This document shows positions 18,262 through 27,337 of a DNA stretch of 64,000 bases, piece after piece (the stretch's first letter is position 1; each line of letters begins with the position of its first letter). Where the stretch lies: positions 32,001-96,000 of the IMG/VR virus record IMGVR_UViG_3300021962_000035. The stretch is one strand, 5' to 3'. Both the position numbers and the translations under genes were made by a program. The notes below the pieces were generated by a model. It saw only the letters and a program-made list of their open reading frames with translations, made no database searches and was not told the DNA's origin. Source of the DNA: a virus.

Positions 18262-19190
18262 TGACTTTAAAATTTAAAGATTGGAACAGCTTAAATGAAG
18301 CTGGCTTATTCGATCAGATTAAAAACTGGTTGAGCAGTACTTTTGGAGGGAGTATAGATGCACTTGATAAATTAGCCAACGAGTACAGATCAGCAGAACT
18401 TGAGTATGTTGAAAAGTGGGAAGATATCAATGTGGAGATCGATAAATTAGATCTCGAAAGATCCCAGACTAAAAGTGATCCCGCAGAGATTAAAAGAATA
18501 GACAGACTTATACAAAGAAATCATGAGCTGATGAATGCTCAGTCAAGATCTCACGAGAAAAAGACTGAAAGCATATTCGTTAAAGTTAGAGACGTTATCG
18601 GAGAAAATAAAAGAATTCGTTTCTATTGGGAAAAGCTGAAGACCAAGGTTGATGCTGACATCGCAGAGGAGATGTACAAAAGAGCTAAGAATTTAGCTGA
18701 TTCTTCACTTTCCGGATCTTTATATGCTAAATATAAAGCTGCTGTATTAAGAGCTAAACAGAAAGACACTGATTTCAGAAACAGATACGGTAACCTCATG
18801 ACTAAGGACATTGAGAATGCTGAAAGATTCAAAAAAGAAAAAATCACCAGAACAAGATCTGAAAGTGGAGAATCCGAAGCAGGAGGTGGCACAGATGCTT
18901 CTTTTGAATTTCTTTCGAAGTTACCTTTAGTAGATTTTACTAATGCAGTAAAAGATCTTTCGTCTAAGCAAGCTAAAAGCCTAGTTTCATTTCTTTTAAA
19001 AGAGAGAAATGACAGATACGTTGCAATGGATATGGAAAGAGATATTCTGAACAAAGAAGTTGAGAACGCAGAAAACAAGGATAAAGCTAGAGAATTCGCT
19101 TCTCAAAAAATTAAGGAGATCAGAGAGAAATATATGGACGAGATCAGAGATCTTAGATCTAAAATAACAATAGCAAGAAAATATGCTTAA
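18261..19190 (+). CDS. Coiled-coil putative internal head protein
   Basis: N-terminus MTLKFKDWNSLNE; IGENKRIRFYWE...AEEMYKRAKNLAD aligns with IDNNTRRREYYE...AELEYQMAKDKAD of the upstream gene. Confidence 0.6.
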   Translation: MTLKFKDWNSLNEAGLFDQIKNWLSSTFGGSIDALDKLANEYRSAELEYVEKWEDINVEIDKLDLERSQTKSDPAEIKRIDRLIQRNHELMNAQSRSHEKKTESIFVKVRDVIGENKRIRFYWEKLKTKVDADIAEEMYKRAKNLADSSLSGSLYAKYKAAVLRAKQKDTDFRNRYGNLMTKDIENAERFKKEKITRTRSESGESEAGGGTDASFEFLSKLPLVDFTNAVKDLSSKQAKSLVSFLLKERNDRYVAMDMERDILNKEVENAENKDKAREFASQKIKEIREKYMDEIRDLRSKITIARKYA

Positions 19191-19443
19191 GTTTAAGGAA
19201 TTTCTGATAAAAGAAGCTGATAGCGATAAGACAAAAGTTCAGGAGATTAAAACCAACATTTCCCAGAAATTTGACGAGATAAAAGGGGCTAAAGATTCCA
19301 AGAAAAAGGGTGACTTTAATTCTGAAATTGCTAGCATAAATAAGCAAGCTTCGATATACCAGGAAATCTCTGTTTTACTCAAATCACTTTCTGCAGAAAT
19401 GCAGAAATCTGAAGCGGAAGGAACTAAAGACAATATATACTAA
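19183..19443 (+). CDS. Small putative internal head protein
   Basis: N-terminus MLKFKEFLIKE resembles the T4 capsid-targeting sequence MKTYQEFIAE. Confidence 0.6.
   Translation: MLKFKEFLIKEADSDKTKVQEIKTNISQKFDEIKGAKDSKKKGDFNSEIASINKQASIYQEISVLLKSLSAEMQKSEAEGTKDNIY
19432..19439 (+). promoter_or_regulatory. Late-promoter-like motif AATATATA
   Basis: At the end of the upstream CDS, 14 nt before ATG19454. Confidence 0.35.
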
Positions 19444-19453
19444 AATTCAAATT

Positions 19454-21940
19454 ATGAATAACAATCCATACATTTACAATCCGGTAGCGAAGACCTTATT
19501 AGAGGAATATCACACAAGACTTTTAGAAAATGAGCAGGTTGATTCTTTGCTTGTTAAAGTCTGCGATAATGCTTTAAATGCTTTTAAGATATTAACATTC
19601 GATTTAGCCCCAAAGAGAGATAGAAATCCTGATGTTATTAGACTTAAACTTTCAGATGTTGCAGATTCTAAAACTGTAAAATCATTAACCGCAAAATTAA
19701 TAGATTATGCGGATGACAATGATTTGCTGGATTCTAGATTTGCTGAAACGAAAAGACTTTATTTAGACAGTCTTAAAAAATTCTGTGAGGCTTTAGATAG
19801 AGCATCGGAGATTTCTAAGTCTAAGGATGATGTTGTATTTAAGCAGTTTAAATTGTCTGCTACTAAGCTTCAAAATTCCATAGATAATATAGCTAAGCAA
19901 GCAGAGGATGAAGCTAAAAAACTAAACGATAGTGAAGGATTTGAATATGGAGATACCTTAAATGAATCTATCTTTACCGGATATAAAAACAGGGTTGAGA
20001 ATCTTAGAAAAAATCTTACCAACCTAATTAGTTCGTCAGAAGGCAAGGATCAAAAATCTGGATACGGTAAAGACTGGAAAAGAATTTTTCTGGATTTCGA
20101 TGAGCAAAGAAAGATATTAGATAACACCGAAGGTGGGGATAGAAATAGAAAGTCTTTAGAGGATCTCGAAAAAAAGGTAGAGAAAGCTCAGGAAGAATTC
20201 TATAATTCTATGATCCAAACAGCAAATAGAACTTTACAGAAGTTAGAAGATGACGAGGAAGTTTACACAACTTACTCGGACGTTACTAATTTGGTTAACC
20301 AAGCATTGGATCTAATGACTAGAGCTAAGACACAATACGGATTAGCTGTTAGAATAATAAAAGACGAAAACGAAGCAAAAGAAGTCGAAACAGCTAAGGC
20401 AGTATTTCCTCTTAAAAGAGGAGACACCGATTCTGACAGAAAGATTAAAGGAAGTGGATTGATCTTTGCCATCCAAACCGCTCTTTGTAATGGTATACCT
20501 TCGGCTGGTAAATTGATAAAATCTAAAGGAGGTCCAAATGGTAAATACGGTCCAGCAACGACTTCCGTTATTGCTACTATTCAAAAGTTAAGCGGCAATA
20601 AGAACGCTAATGGACAAATAGATCAAACTCTTTTAAAAGATATCATTTCTTCTGATTGGGTTTCCGCTAAGGATAAAAAAGCAATACAAACGGCTTTAAA
20701 TACTATAGGATCTAAAATGAACGAAAGCGTTTTCGCTTCCGGCCACGTGAAGAGTATATCTGAAATGTTTTCCCCTGTTTATGAAGGAAAAATCGTTATA
20801 AACAATTCTGAATTTGAAAAAGAACTACAAGTTCAGTATAAGGCAAATTCAGTTATTTCTCATTCTTCAGGCAAGGAAGGTGAATCATCTCATTCAGGGG
20901 GAAAATCTTCTTCAGGAGTTCGCTCTTTAGCTAAAAAGCTTAGACAGAATTATAATATAAAGGTGGAGTCTGACGATTTCGTTAAACAGGACGGATCTCT
21001 TAAATCTTCTTATAATACAGAATTCATAAAAGATTGGAATGCAGCTTTAGATAAAGCGAGTCCTGCTGAGGAATTCTCTTACTTCTTTGCAAATGGAGCA
21101 GTTTATAACATCAATCTAGCTTCGTCTTCTTTAAAAACTCCTTGTAACTGGACTAAGTGGGCAGAGACCAGACAGATTAAAACATTGGGTAATGAAGATG
21201 CAACCGAATTCCTTAGAAACTATCTTAAAGGCTGGACAACTTTTGGTATGATCCGACCTGAATGGAGATACGAAGGGATTAAGTCATTGCTTAAAAAGAA
21301 TTCTAATAATAACAGTTTGGATTTACATGGTCCTTTCGAAATGATGGAATCTTCTATAAAGAACAAAGAGATCCCTTTTGTTGATTATGACAATCTTAAG
21401 GGTGATATAGCTAGAGCATTTAATATAGCTCTACAAAAAAGCGATAAGAGACCTGATTTAGGTAAAGAGGAATTCGTTGCAATCAACAATTTCCTTATAA
21501 TGATAGCTAACTGTGTTACTTTCGACGGAAGTAAATTCATAAGCTGTATAAAATGGATCAACGATAACGTTTTAGGAGCTTCTACAGCTAAGAGAATCAC
21601 GGAAGATCAAGTATTCTTTGAAAATGGTCTTAATGATTCGACTGGACAAATTTTAACTTACGAAGGATCAAAAATCATCTCTGGTGATTATGATGCCATC
21701 AAGAGAAGAAAAACCACATCGAAAAGGCAGATGTCTTCTGCACTTGACGGAATAGGTATTCTCGCTGGAATGAGAGGATCTGGAAGTGACACAAAAATAA
21801 TCCTAGGTAACAATTGCTATTATATAGCTGCTGATGTATATCCTAGCATAGCAACACACGTTAAGAGGATGAATGCTACGGAATTTGGCGATGTGCCTCA
21901 ACAAGCACCTTTTAAATGCGTCAACACAGACACTAAATAA
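19454..21940 (+). CDS. Large helical protein with a central peptidoglycan-binding (PG_binding_1-like) domain
   Basis: PLKRGD...IFAIQTAL...NGKYGPATTSVIATIQKLSG...NGQID (about 20405-20636); LNES/MNES sites. Confidence 0.65.
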   Translation: MNNNPYIYNPVAKTLLEEYHTRLLENEQVDSLLVKVCDNALNAFKILTFDLAPKRDRNPDVIRLKLSDVADSKTVKSLTAKLIDYADDNDLLDSRFAETKRLYLDSLKKFCEALDRASEISKSKDDVVFKQFKLSATKLQNSIDNIAKQAEDEAKKLNDSEGFEYGDTLNESIFTGYKNRVENLRKNLTNLISSSEGKDQKSGYGKDWKRIFLDFDEQRKILDNTEGGDRNRKSLEDLEKKVEKAQEEFYNSMIQTANRTLQKLEDDEEVYTTYSDVTNLVNQALDLMTRAKTQYGLAVRIIKDENEAKEVETAKAVFPLKRGDTDSDRKIKGSGLIFAIQTALCNGIPSAGKLIKSKGGPNGKYGPATTSVIATIQKLSGNKNANGQIDQTLLKDIISSDWVSAKDKKAIQTALNTIGSKMNESVFASGHVKSISEMFSPVYEGKIVINNSEFEKELQVQYKANSVISHSSGKEGESSHSGGKSSSGVRSLAKKLRQNYNIKVESDDFVKQDGSLKSSYNTEFIKDWNAALDKASPAEEFSYFFANGAVYNINLASSSLKTPCNWTKWAETRQIKTLGNEDATEFLRNYLKGWTTFGMIRPEWRYEGIKSLLKKNSNNNSLDLHGPFEMMESSIKNKEIPFVDYDNLKGDIARAFNIALQKSDKRPDLGKEEFVAINNFLIMIANCVTFDGSKFISCIKWINDNVLGASTAKRITEDQVFFENGLNDSTGQILTYEGSKIISGDYDAIKRRKTTSKRQMSSALDGIGILAGMRGSGSDTKIILGNNCYYIAADVYPSIATHVKRMNATEFGDVPQQAPFKCVNTDTK

Positions 21941-21941
21941 T

Positions 21942-21974
21942 AAAAACCCCGATCTAAAAAAGACCGGGGTTTTT
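21942..21974. terminator. Rho-independent terminator (A-tract/T-tract, potentially bidirectional)
   Basis: AAAAACCCCGATCT-AAAAA-AGACCGGGGTTTTT with one mismatch. Confidence 0.85.
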
Positions 21975-21998
21975 CGTGATTTCCCCGTACTAATTTAT

Positions 21999-22006
21999 TA
22001 TATTTG
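21999..22006 (+). promoter_or_regulatory. Bacteroidota-type -7 element (TATATTTG)
   Basis: TAnnTTTG(C) right after the terminator, upstream of ATG22049. Confidence 0.65.
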
Positions 22007-22048
22007 CTAAGTGGAACATGTATTGTGTTCCGCTATAGAAAGAAATAT

Positions 22049-22609
22049 ATGGTATACGTATTCGAAGGCCCCAGAAATTCAGGCAAGACATTTTTATCCG
22101 GGTTCGTCTCGGACTCCTTTAATATACCGAGATTCCAGTTTAAATTTGCAAACTTTTTTAAAGATCTAAATTTAAAAAGTGTGGATAGCAAGGAAGCACA
22201 TGCATTCTCTCTAGGAAAAGAGTTTATGCTTATGCAGCTGGCTAAGGATCTTGAACATGAGTCTTTTATTCACGACAGAGGAATATTGACAGTTTTGGTT
22301 TGGGGATTACTTGAGGGTAGAATCACGGAAGATGAAGCTAGAGATCAGATAGAAATATTGAAGAAGTATTCTTTGTTGGATCAAATAACAATAATCTACA
22401 TTCAGGGCAATAACCCAGATAAGTCTGATAGAGATAAGGATCAATGGGATCATATCGATGGTGATCCTAGAGAAAGAGAAACCTACGTAAAGGTGATATC
22501 AATGTTCCAAGAAGCTGGTCTCGATAGAATATGGGTATTTATAAACGGATTTGATGATCAATCAGTGAGCAACATGGGTTCAATGTTTGAAGATATACTT
22601 TTTAATTAA
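22049..22609 (+). CDS. P-loop nucleoside-monophosphate kinase (thymidylate/dNMP kinase-like)
   Basis: MVYVFEGPRNSGKT P-loop and FIHDRG (DR motif). Start moved to ATG22049. Confidence 0.75.
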   Translation: MVYVFEGPRNSGKTFLSGFVSDSFNIPRFQFKFANFFKDLNLKSVDSKEAHAFSLGKEFMLMQLAKDLEHESFIHDRGILTVLVWGLLEGRITEDEARDQIEILKKYSLLDQITIIYIQGNNPDKSDRDKDQWDHIDGDPRERETYVKVISMFQEAGLDRIWVFINGFDDQSVSNMGSMFEDILFN

Positions 22610-22613
22610 AAAT

Positions 22614-24017
22614 ATGTGCGGAATATTATTAACAACTAGGGCAGAAAAAAATCCCAACATTTTAGACACGATAAAGCATAGAGGTATAGAGAGATCTATT
22701 GGAGAACTTGATAACGTTACCCTTTGTCATCATAGGCTACCTATTCAAACTTTAGATGGTGATGACTGGAATCAGCCAAGAGAGATATCTCCTGGAGTTT
22801 ATTTAATGTTCAATGGCGAGATTTTTAACTATGATCAGAACCTATATACTTCTGACACCGAATACTTGTGTAGCTTATTCTCCGGGTACAAAGGAGGTAA
22901 TTTAGAATTCTTTGCTGCCACATATACACCGCACATTCAAACTTGGGATGGATTTTGGGCTATAGTTATCTATGACTCCAATAACGGTAACGTTATCGCA
23001 TTTACCGATCCTTTGGGTAAGAAATGTCTGTATAAAAACGATCTAGGCGAAATCTGCTCTGAAATTAAAGGCCTTTACGGTCCTTTGGACGAGGTTGACG
23101 AAGCTTATATAAGCTCCGTTAGAAAATGGGGTTACAATAAAGATAATAGAACTCCGGTGAAAACAATCAAAAGGATTCTACCTAACATTTTATACTCCTA
23201 CAATATAGCATCCCCACTATTTGATAAGACCTTTGGTCCTTATTATAGAACATGGGAATCTCCTATTCCCGAACTGATTGATGCTGATTATGAAACCCAC
23301 ATGGAGTGGCTTTGGGACAAGATGTTTGAAAGCGTAGGAAACAGACTGGTTTCCAAGAACTATCCAATATCTTTATTAATCTCAGGGGGCTTAGATTCTT
23401 CCATAATTGCTGGTGTTTTGAACGAGATGAAAGCTAAGGTTACTTGGTTCAGCATAGAGAATGGTGAAACCCCCTTTGTAAACGATTTAAGCGCCCATTT
23501 AAGCACTCCTGTTAATTTTCTAGAGTATGATATGGATTCTAGTAAAAATGCGCTTATATACAAGCTATGGAACGAAACACCGGTGGATTTAGGATCTGTT
23601 ATACCCCAATATCACCTTTTTGAAGCGGTAAAGAAAAATAGCGGTTATAGAATAGTCCTAAGTGGTGACGGATCGGATGAACTTTTCGGAGGATACTCAA
23701 GAATACACGACTATGATTCACAGCAATCTGATGTTTTCGAGGAGCTCACCTATTACCATCTTCCAAGACTCGATAAGATGTCTATGGCTCACACCCTAGA
23801 GCTAAGAAGTCCCTTCCTAAATTTAGATATAGTAAGATTTGCATTGCACCTCCCTATAGAGTGGAGAACAGATAAAAAGATCTTAAAAGATACCTTTGGA
23901 CCGATGCTTCCTGATTCTATAGTGAATCGTAAAAAAGAAGCCCTCAAAAATCCAGAAATAAAAGAGGATAAGCTTAAATACCGACAAAAAGCGGTAGACC
24001 TTTTTTTAGAGCCCTAG
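22614..24017 (+). CDS. asnB: Asparagine synthetase B-like glutamine amidotransferase
   Basis: Ntn N-terminus MCGI (ATG22614), HRG, HHRLPI, FNGEIFNY, SDTE, PP-loop SGGLDSS, SGDGSDELFGGY, SMAHTLELRSPFL. Confidence 0.9.
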   Translation: MCGILLTTRAEKNPNILDTIKHRGIERSIGELDNVTLCHHRLPIQTLDGDDWNQPREISPGVYLMFNGEIFNYDQNLYTSDTEYLCSLFSGYKGGNLEFFAATYTPHIQTWDGFWAIVIYDSNNGNVIAFTDPLGKKCLYKNDLGEICSEIKGLYGPLDEVDEAYISSVRKWGYNKDNRTPVKTIKRILPNILYSYNIASPLFDKTFGPYYRTWESPIPELIDADYETHMEWLWDKMFESVGNRLVSKNYPISLLISGGLDSSIIAGVLNEMKAKVTWFSIENGETPFVNDLSAHLSTPVNFLEYDMDSSKNALIYKLWNETPVDLGSVIPQYHLFEAVKKNSGYRIVLSGDGSDELFGGYSRIHDYDSQQSDVFEELTYYHLPRLDKMSMAHTLELRSPFLNLDIVRFALHLPIEWRTDKKILKDTFGPMLPDSIVNRKKEALKNPEIKEDKLKYRQKAVDLFLEP

Positions 24018-24043
24018 AAGCTTAGATTAATATTTTCTCCGTG

Positions 24044-24051
24044 GATATATA
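24044..24051 (+). promoter_or_regulatory. Late-promoter-like motif GATATATA
   Basis: 20 nt before ATG24072. Confidence 0.65.
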
Positions 24052-24071
24052 AAGAAAATAACACAACACGG

Positions 24072-24743
24072 ATGTCCAAAATTATTAAAGATTTCGATTC
24101 TTTTTCCGACGATAGAGTAAATGAGGAATTTTCTTGGGAGGGAGTAGGTAACTTCTTCACCGGATTATTCGGTTTTGCCGGAGAGGGTCTTAGAAAAACT
24201 ATAAAGCAAAAGGTTGCTGCTAAATTAATGGAGCAATTAGGGGTTAAGGAAAACTCCAATATGTCCGCTATAGTACAGGAAGTTATAGATCAAATTCCAG
24301 TAAGCGATTATCCAAAATTATTAACCGGAGAAAACGCTAATGTCGAATACCTTGCACCTATTTTAGCAAAATCCCTCCAGGAATTTATCCAGAGAAAAGG
24401 ATTTGACAGTTTAGCTGAACAAATGGGAATAGAACCTAATGGATGGCTTTACTCAACCCTAAGAGAGGGTTTACAATCAGAAAGAGGCAGAGCAATTATA
24501 GAAAATGCCTTAATCGAAGCATTCGGCGGTCCAAATGCAAAAGGTTCTGTTGGTAGAGATGCTATATCTGCTTTGGATTCTAGCGATAAAAAAGAGTTAG
24601 TTGACGCAGCTAGAAATAAGGCTTCTCAGATTTATGGTAAGCCAAATACAGTATCCCAGTCAGGTCAAAGCAAAGGAGCGATGGATTACATTTCAACTTT
24701 CTGGAACTCTCTAATGGGAGACGATAAAGCTCAAACAACTTAA
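24072..24743 (+). CDS. Putative internal head protein
   Basis: MSKIIKDFDSFSDDRVNE followed by amphipathic FSWEGVGNFFTGLFGF. Confidence 0.55.
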   Translation: MSKIIKDFDSFSDDRVNEEFSWEGVGNFFTGLFGFAGEGLRKTIKQKVAAKLMEQLGVKENSNMSAIVQEVIDQIPVSDYPKLLTGENANVEYLAPILAKSLQEFIQRKGFDSLAEQMGIEPNGWLYSTLREGLQSERGRAIIENALIEAFGGPNAKGSVGRDAISALDSSDKKELVDAARNKASQIYGKPNTVSQSGQSKGAMDYISTFWNSLMGDDKAQTT

Positions 24744-24753
24744 TATTAAAGAT

Positions 24754-25098
24754 ATGAACGTACAAAACGTAGCTCAAAGAGAATTACTGGACTTCAACCA
24801 GTTTCTTAAAAAAGTGCATGATAACGATTATAAGCCTTTATCACCAGCAAATCAATCTGAAGGAGGCTTAGAAAAATCTGGTCAATCACACATAAAAAGA
24901 GAACCTAGATATGACTATGCAGGATATGCAGATGCTGTTTTTGGACACCAATCTAAAATAGATGCTCCTGGATATAGAATAGATATCAACGGTAAGCCGG
25001 GTATGATGGACGTAGGTGGAATCGGTAACATTTCTAATATGGGCACTAACGAGTCTTTAAATAATGATTCATTTATTAAAAGATTAAGTGATTTTTAA
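24754..25098 (+). CDS. Hypothetical protein, possible internal head protein
   Basis: LLDFNQFLKK near the N-terminus and FIKRLSDF at the C-terminus, both resembling the tag. Confidence 0.5.
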   Translation: MNVQNVAQRELLDFNQFLKKVHDNDYKPLSPANQSEGGLEKSGQSHIKREPRYDYAGYADAVFGHQSKIDAPGYRIDINGKPGMMDVGGIGNISNMGTNESLNNDSFIKRLSDF

Positions 25099-25128
25099 AA
25101 ACAACCACCCAAAATAGATAGCAAAAAG

Positions 25129-25150
25129 AAAGAGCCTAATGGCTCTTTTT
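25129..25150. terminator. Bidirectional terminator between convergent genes
   Basis: AAAGAGCC-TAAT-GGCTCTTT flanked by A- and T-tracts. Confidence 0.8.
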
Positions 25151-25879
25151 TTATGTTCCTATTTGTTCAATAAATTTTTCCTTTGCTAACTTATAGATCT
25201 CAGAATTTTCTTCGAAGTTTTCGTAGATCTCTATAACATAGAATTTAGGTGAATATTTGGTGTCCGCCTTTATCTCATTTAGTATCTCGTGGTAGATGTA
25301 CTCGTAATTAAGAGAAAAGAATGAGTTTTTTAAATGGATCTTCTTCATTATAGAAACCTCCTTTTCACCCTCTGCAGTTTCCATTTTCACGTTAGACTTA
25401 AAAAAATAATTCAGTAGCTTATCAGTAACCATATTTCTGATTATAACTATTCCTGAATTTTCTACAGGATTATGGGTACTAAACTTGGATTGGATTTTAA
25501 AGATCTTTATCTTTGATTCCTCTTCTTTAAGTATTTCTAAACAAACCTCCGAATATTCATATAGCGTTTGTAGTGAATCTTCTATTATGGAATCCAGGGT
25601 TTCTTTTTGATCCGAGCTTAGACCGTCATATTCAAAAGAATCCAGATAATCACTGTCTTCCTTTTTTAGAGATTTTACTAAGGATTGTGATAGCGACTTA
25701 TCCCTCCTAAAATCATTCAGTATCCTGACTATTCTCGATATCTCCCTTAGTATCGAATAGCAGTTATCCTTATTTAGATCCTTGCTTGTCTCTTTTAGGT
25801 AATCTAATAAGACGTATTCTTTGTGCTCCGAGTCTAATGGCTCTTTTAAGAACCATATAGGACTTATACCCTTTGACAT
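25151..25879 (-). CDS. Hypothetical protein
   Basis: 242-aa ORF filling the gap, with its own upstream AATATATA motif and a downstream terminator. Confidence 0.75.
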   Translation of the reverse strand: MSKGISPIWFLKEPLDSEHKEYVLLDYLKETSKDLNKDNCYSILREISRIVRILNDFRRDKSLSQSLVKSLKKEDSDYLDSFEYDGLSSDQKETLDSIIEDSLQTLYEYSEVCLEILKEEESKIKIFKIQSKFSTHNPVENSGIVIIRNMVTDKLLNYFFKSNVKMETAEGEKEVSIMKKIHLKNSFFSLNYEYIYHEILNEIKADTKYSPKFYVIEIYENFEENSEIYKLAKEKFIEQIGT

Positions 25880-25908
25880 CCCTATGTTATTTAGTTAATA
25901 TACATAAT

Positions 25909-25916
25909 TATATATT
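25909..25916 (-). promoter_or_regulatory. Late-promoter-like motif AATATATA (minus strand)
   Basis: 29 nt before the start of 25151..25879. Confidence 0.45.
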
Positions 25917-25940
25917 CTCTTCCGTAAAAAATAAAAAATG

Positions 25941-25948
25941 GATATATA
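25941..25948 (+). promoter_or_regulatory. Late-promoter-like motif GATATATA
   Basis: 18 nt before GTG25967. Confidence 0.6.
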
Positions 25949-25966
25949 GAAGAAAAACCTAACAAA

Positions 25967-26410
25967 GTGGGAAGAATTTACGATTATTCTGCGTATAGCG
26001 CATCCAAAAAAGGAGGATCCAGAGGTGACTATTCCTTCGGAAGCGAGCTAAAGTATTCTGAGATAGACTTGTTTAATAGACCCGAAGAATATGCAGACCT
26101 AGATGATGCTAAAGCTTTTATAGAGTATAGCATAGATCTGATAGTAAAAAAATCTGGTATAGATGACTTTATATTTAATATAGATTCAATAGAACTAGAA
26201 TTTAAGATTGATGATTACCCTAACGATCCTAAAGAATTTGATATTGATTTAATTCCTGGTAAAACTATAGATTACAGCCAACTTAATGCGGAAAAGCTTT
26301 CTTCTATTATACCTACCTACCCGAATAATTTATCCATAGACATGAATAAATCTACGGACCCTAAGAATTTTAAAATTACCGCTTCCTTCGGAAGCGATTA
26401 TGTTGACTAA
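25967..26410 (+). CDS. Acidic hypothetical protein
   Basis: 147-aa ORF; N-terminal RIYDYSAY weakly resembles the tag. Confidence 0.65.
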   Translation: MGRIYDYSAYSASKKGGSRGDYSFGSELKYSEIDLFNRPEEYADLDDAKAFIEYSIDLIVKKSGIDDFIFNIDSIELEFKIDDYPNDPKEFDIDLIPGKTIDYSQLNAEKLSSIIPTYPNNLSIDMNKSTDPKNFKITASFGSDYVD

Positions 26411-27326
26411 TATGGTACTCGGATTTAATGATTATCAGAGATCCAAAATAAACGAGAGCGGATCTTATGCTGTCCCCGGAATAAAGGATTCTTGGGGGAG
26501 TGGATATGTGATCTCCGTTGTAGATGCAACCGACGGAAAGGAACAGCCAAAAGATAAGATAATCATACCAAAGAAGAATGAAAAATCTATAGCTTTATGC
26601 TACGTAGACAATGACGGAAATCAGTCTGAGTATGTGTGGATACCTATGGATGCTTGTTCAATGAAAAAATCCGATGTCGACGAAATAACTGAGATCCATC
26701 TGGATCCATACAAAAAGTGGATAACTTCAAGCGTGAATAAATCTAAGGTTGATGATTTAATTGAAGATTTTGCAGATCATTTGGAGACATCAAAAACCAC
26801 AGGGCAAGAAAGAATAAAACAAAATGCACAAGATGATGTAGAATTGCTAATGGATCTGATAGGTATACCTGGGTCCATAGAATCTTTCGAATCCTGCGGT
26901 GATTATATTTGGGATGCTAAACTGGACAACGGTATGTTGATCGAAATAACTAAAAGAAGCAAGGACGATCTTTTATCTAAATTTAAAATATATCTAAATG
27001 CTAGCGATCACCATCCTTGTGTTTACATAAATAACGATTCATTAGATAAGAAAACCTCATTCAAAATACCTGATATGAATGTAATCACCGTTCCCAAGGG
27101 ATTTACTGAGGTAAAGAATCCTGATCCTTACATAAAGTACCTTACCAGAAGATCTATGGATATCCACACTCCATCTGATCAAGAGTCCCTTTTCAAACAC
27201 TTCCAGAACTTAATATCATCAGGTTCAGGGGACAAGGAATTATTGAAAGATATAGTTTCTCTGCTTTCCGAATTTATGGATAAAAGAGATGTTGAAGAAG
27301 CATCGGGAAGCATTAATCAAGAATAA
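26400..27326 (+). CDS. Hypothetical protein, possible internal head protein
   Basis: Alternative ATG26412 gives MVLGFNDYQRSKINE. Confidence 0.65.
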   Translation: MLTNMVLGFNDYQRSKINESGSYAVPGIKDSWGSGYVISVVDATDGKEQPKDKIIIPKKNEKSIALCYVDNDGNQSEYVWIPMDACSMKKSDVDEITEIHLDPYKKWITSSVNKSKVDDLIEDFADHLETSKTTGQERIKQNAQDDVELLMDLIGIPGSIESFESCGDYIWDAKLDNGMLIEITKRSKDDLLSKFKIYLNASDHHPCVYINNDSLDKKTSFKIPDMNVITVPKGFTEVKNPDPYIKYLTRRSMDIHTPSDQESLFKHFQNLISSGSGDKELLKDIVSLLSEFMDKRDVEEASGSINQE

Positions 27327-27337
27327 TCTTAATAGCC

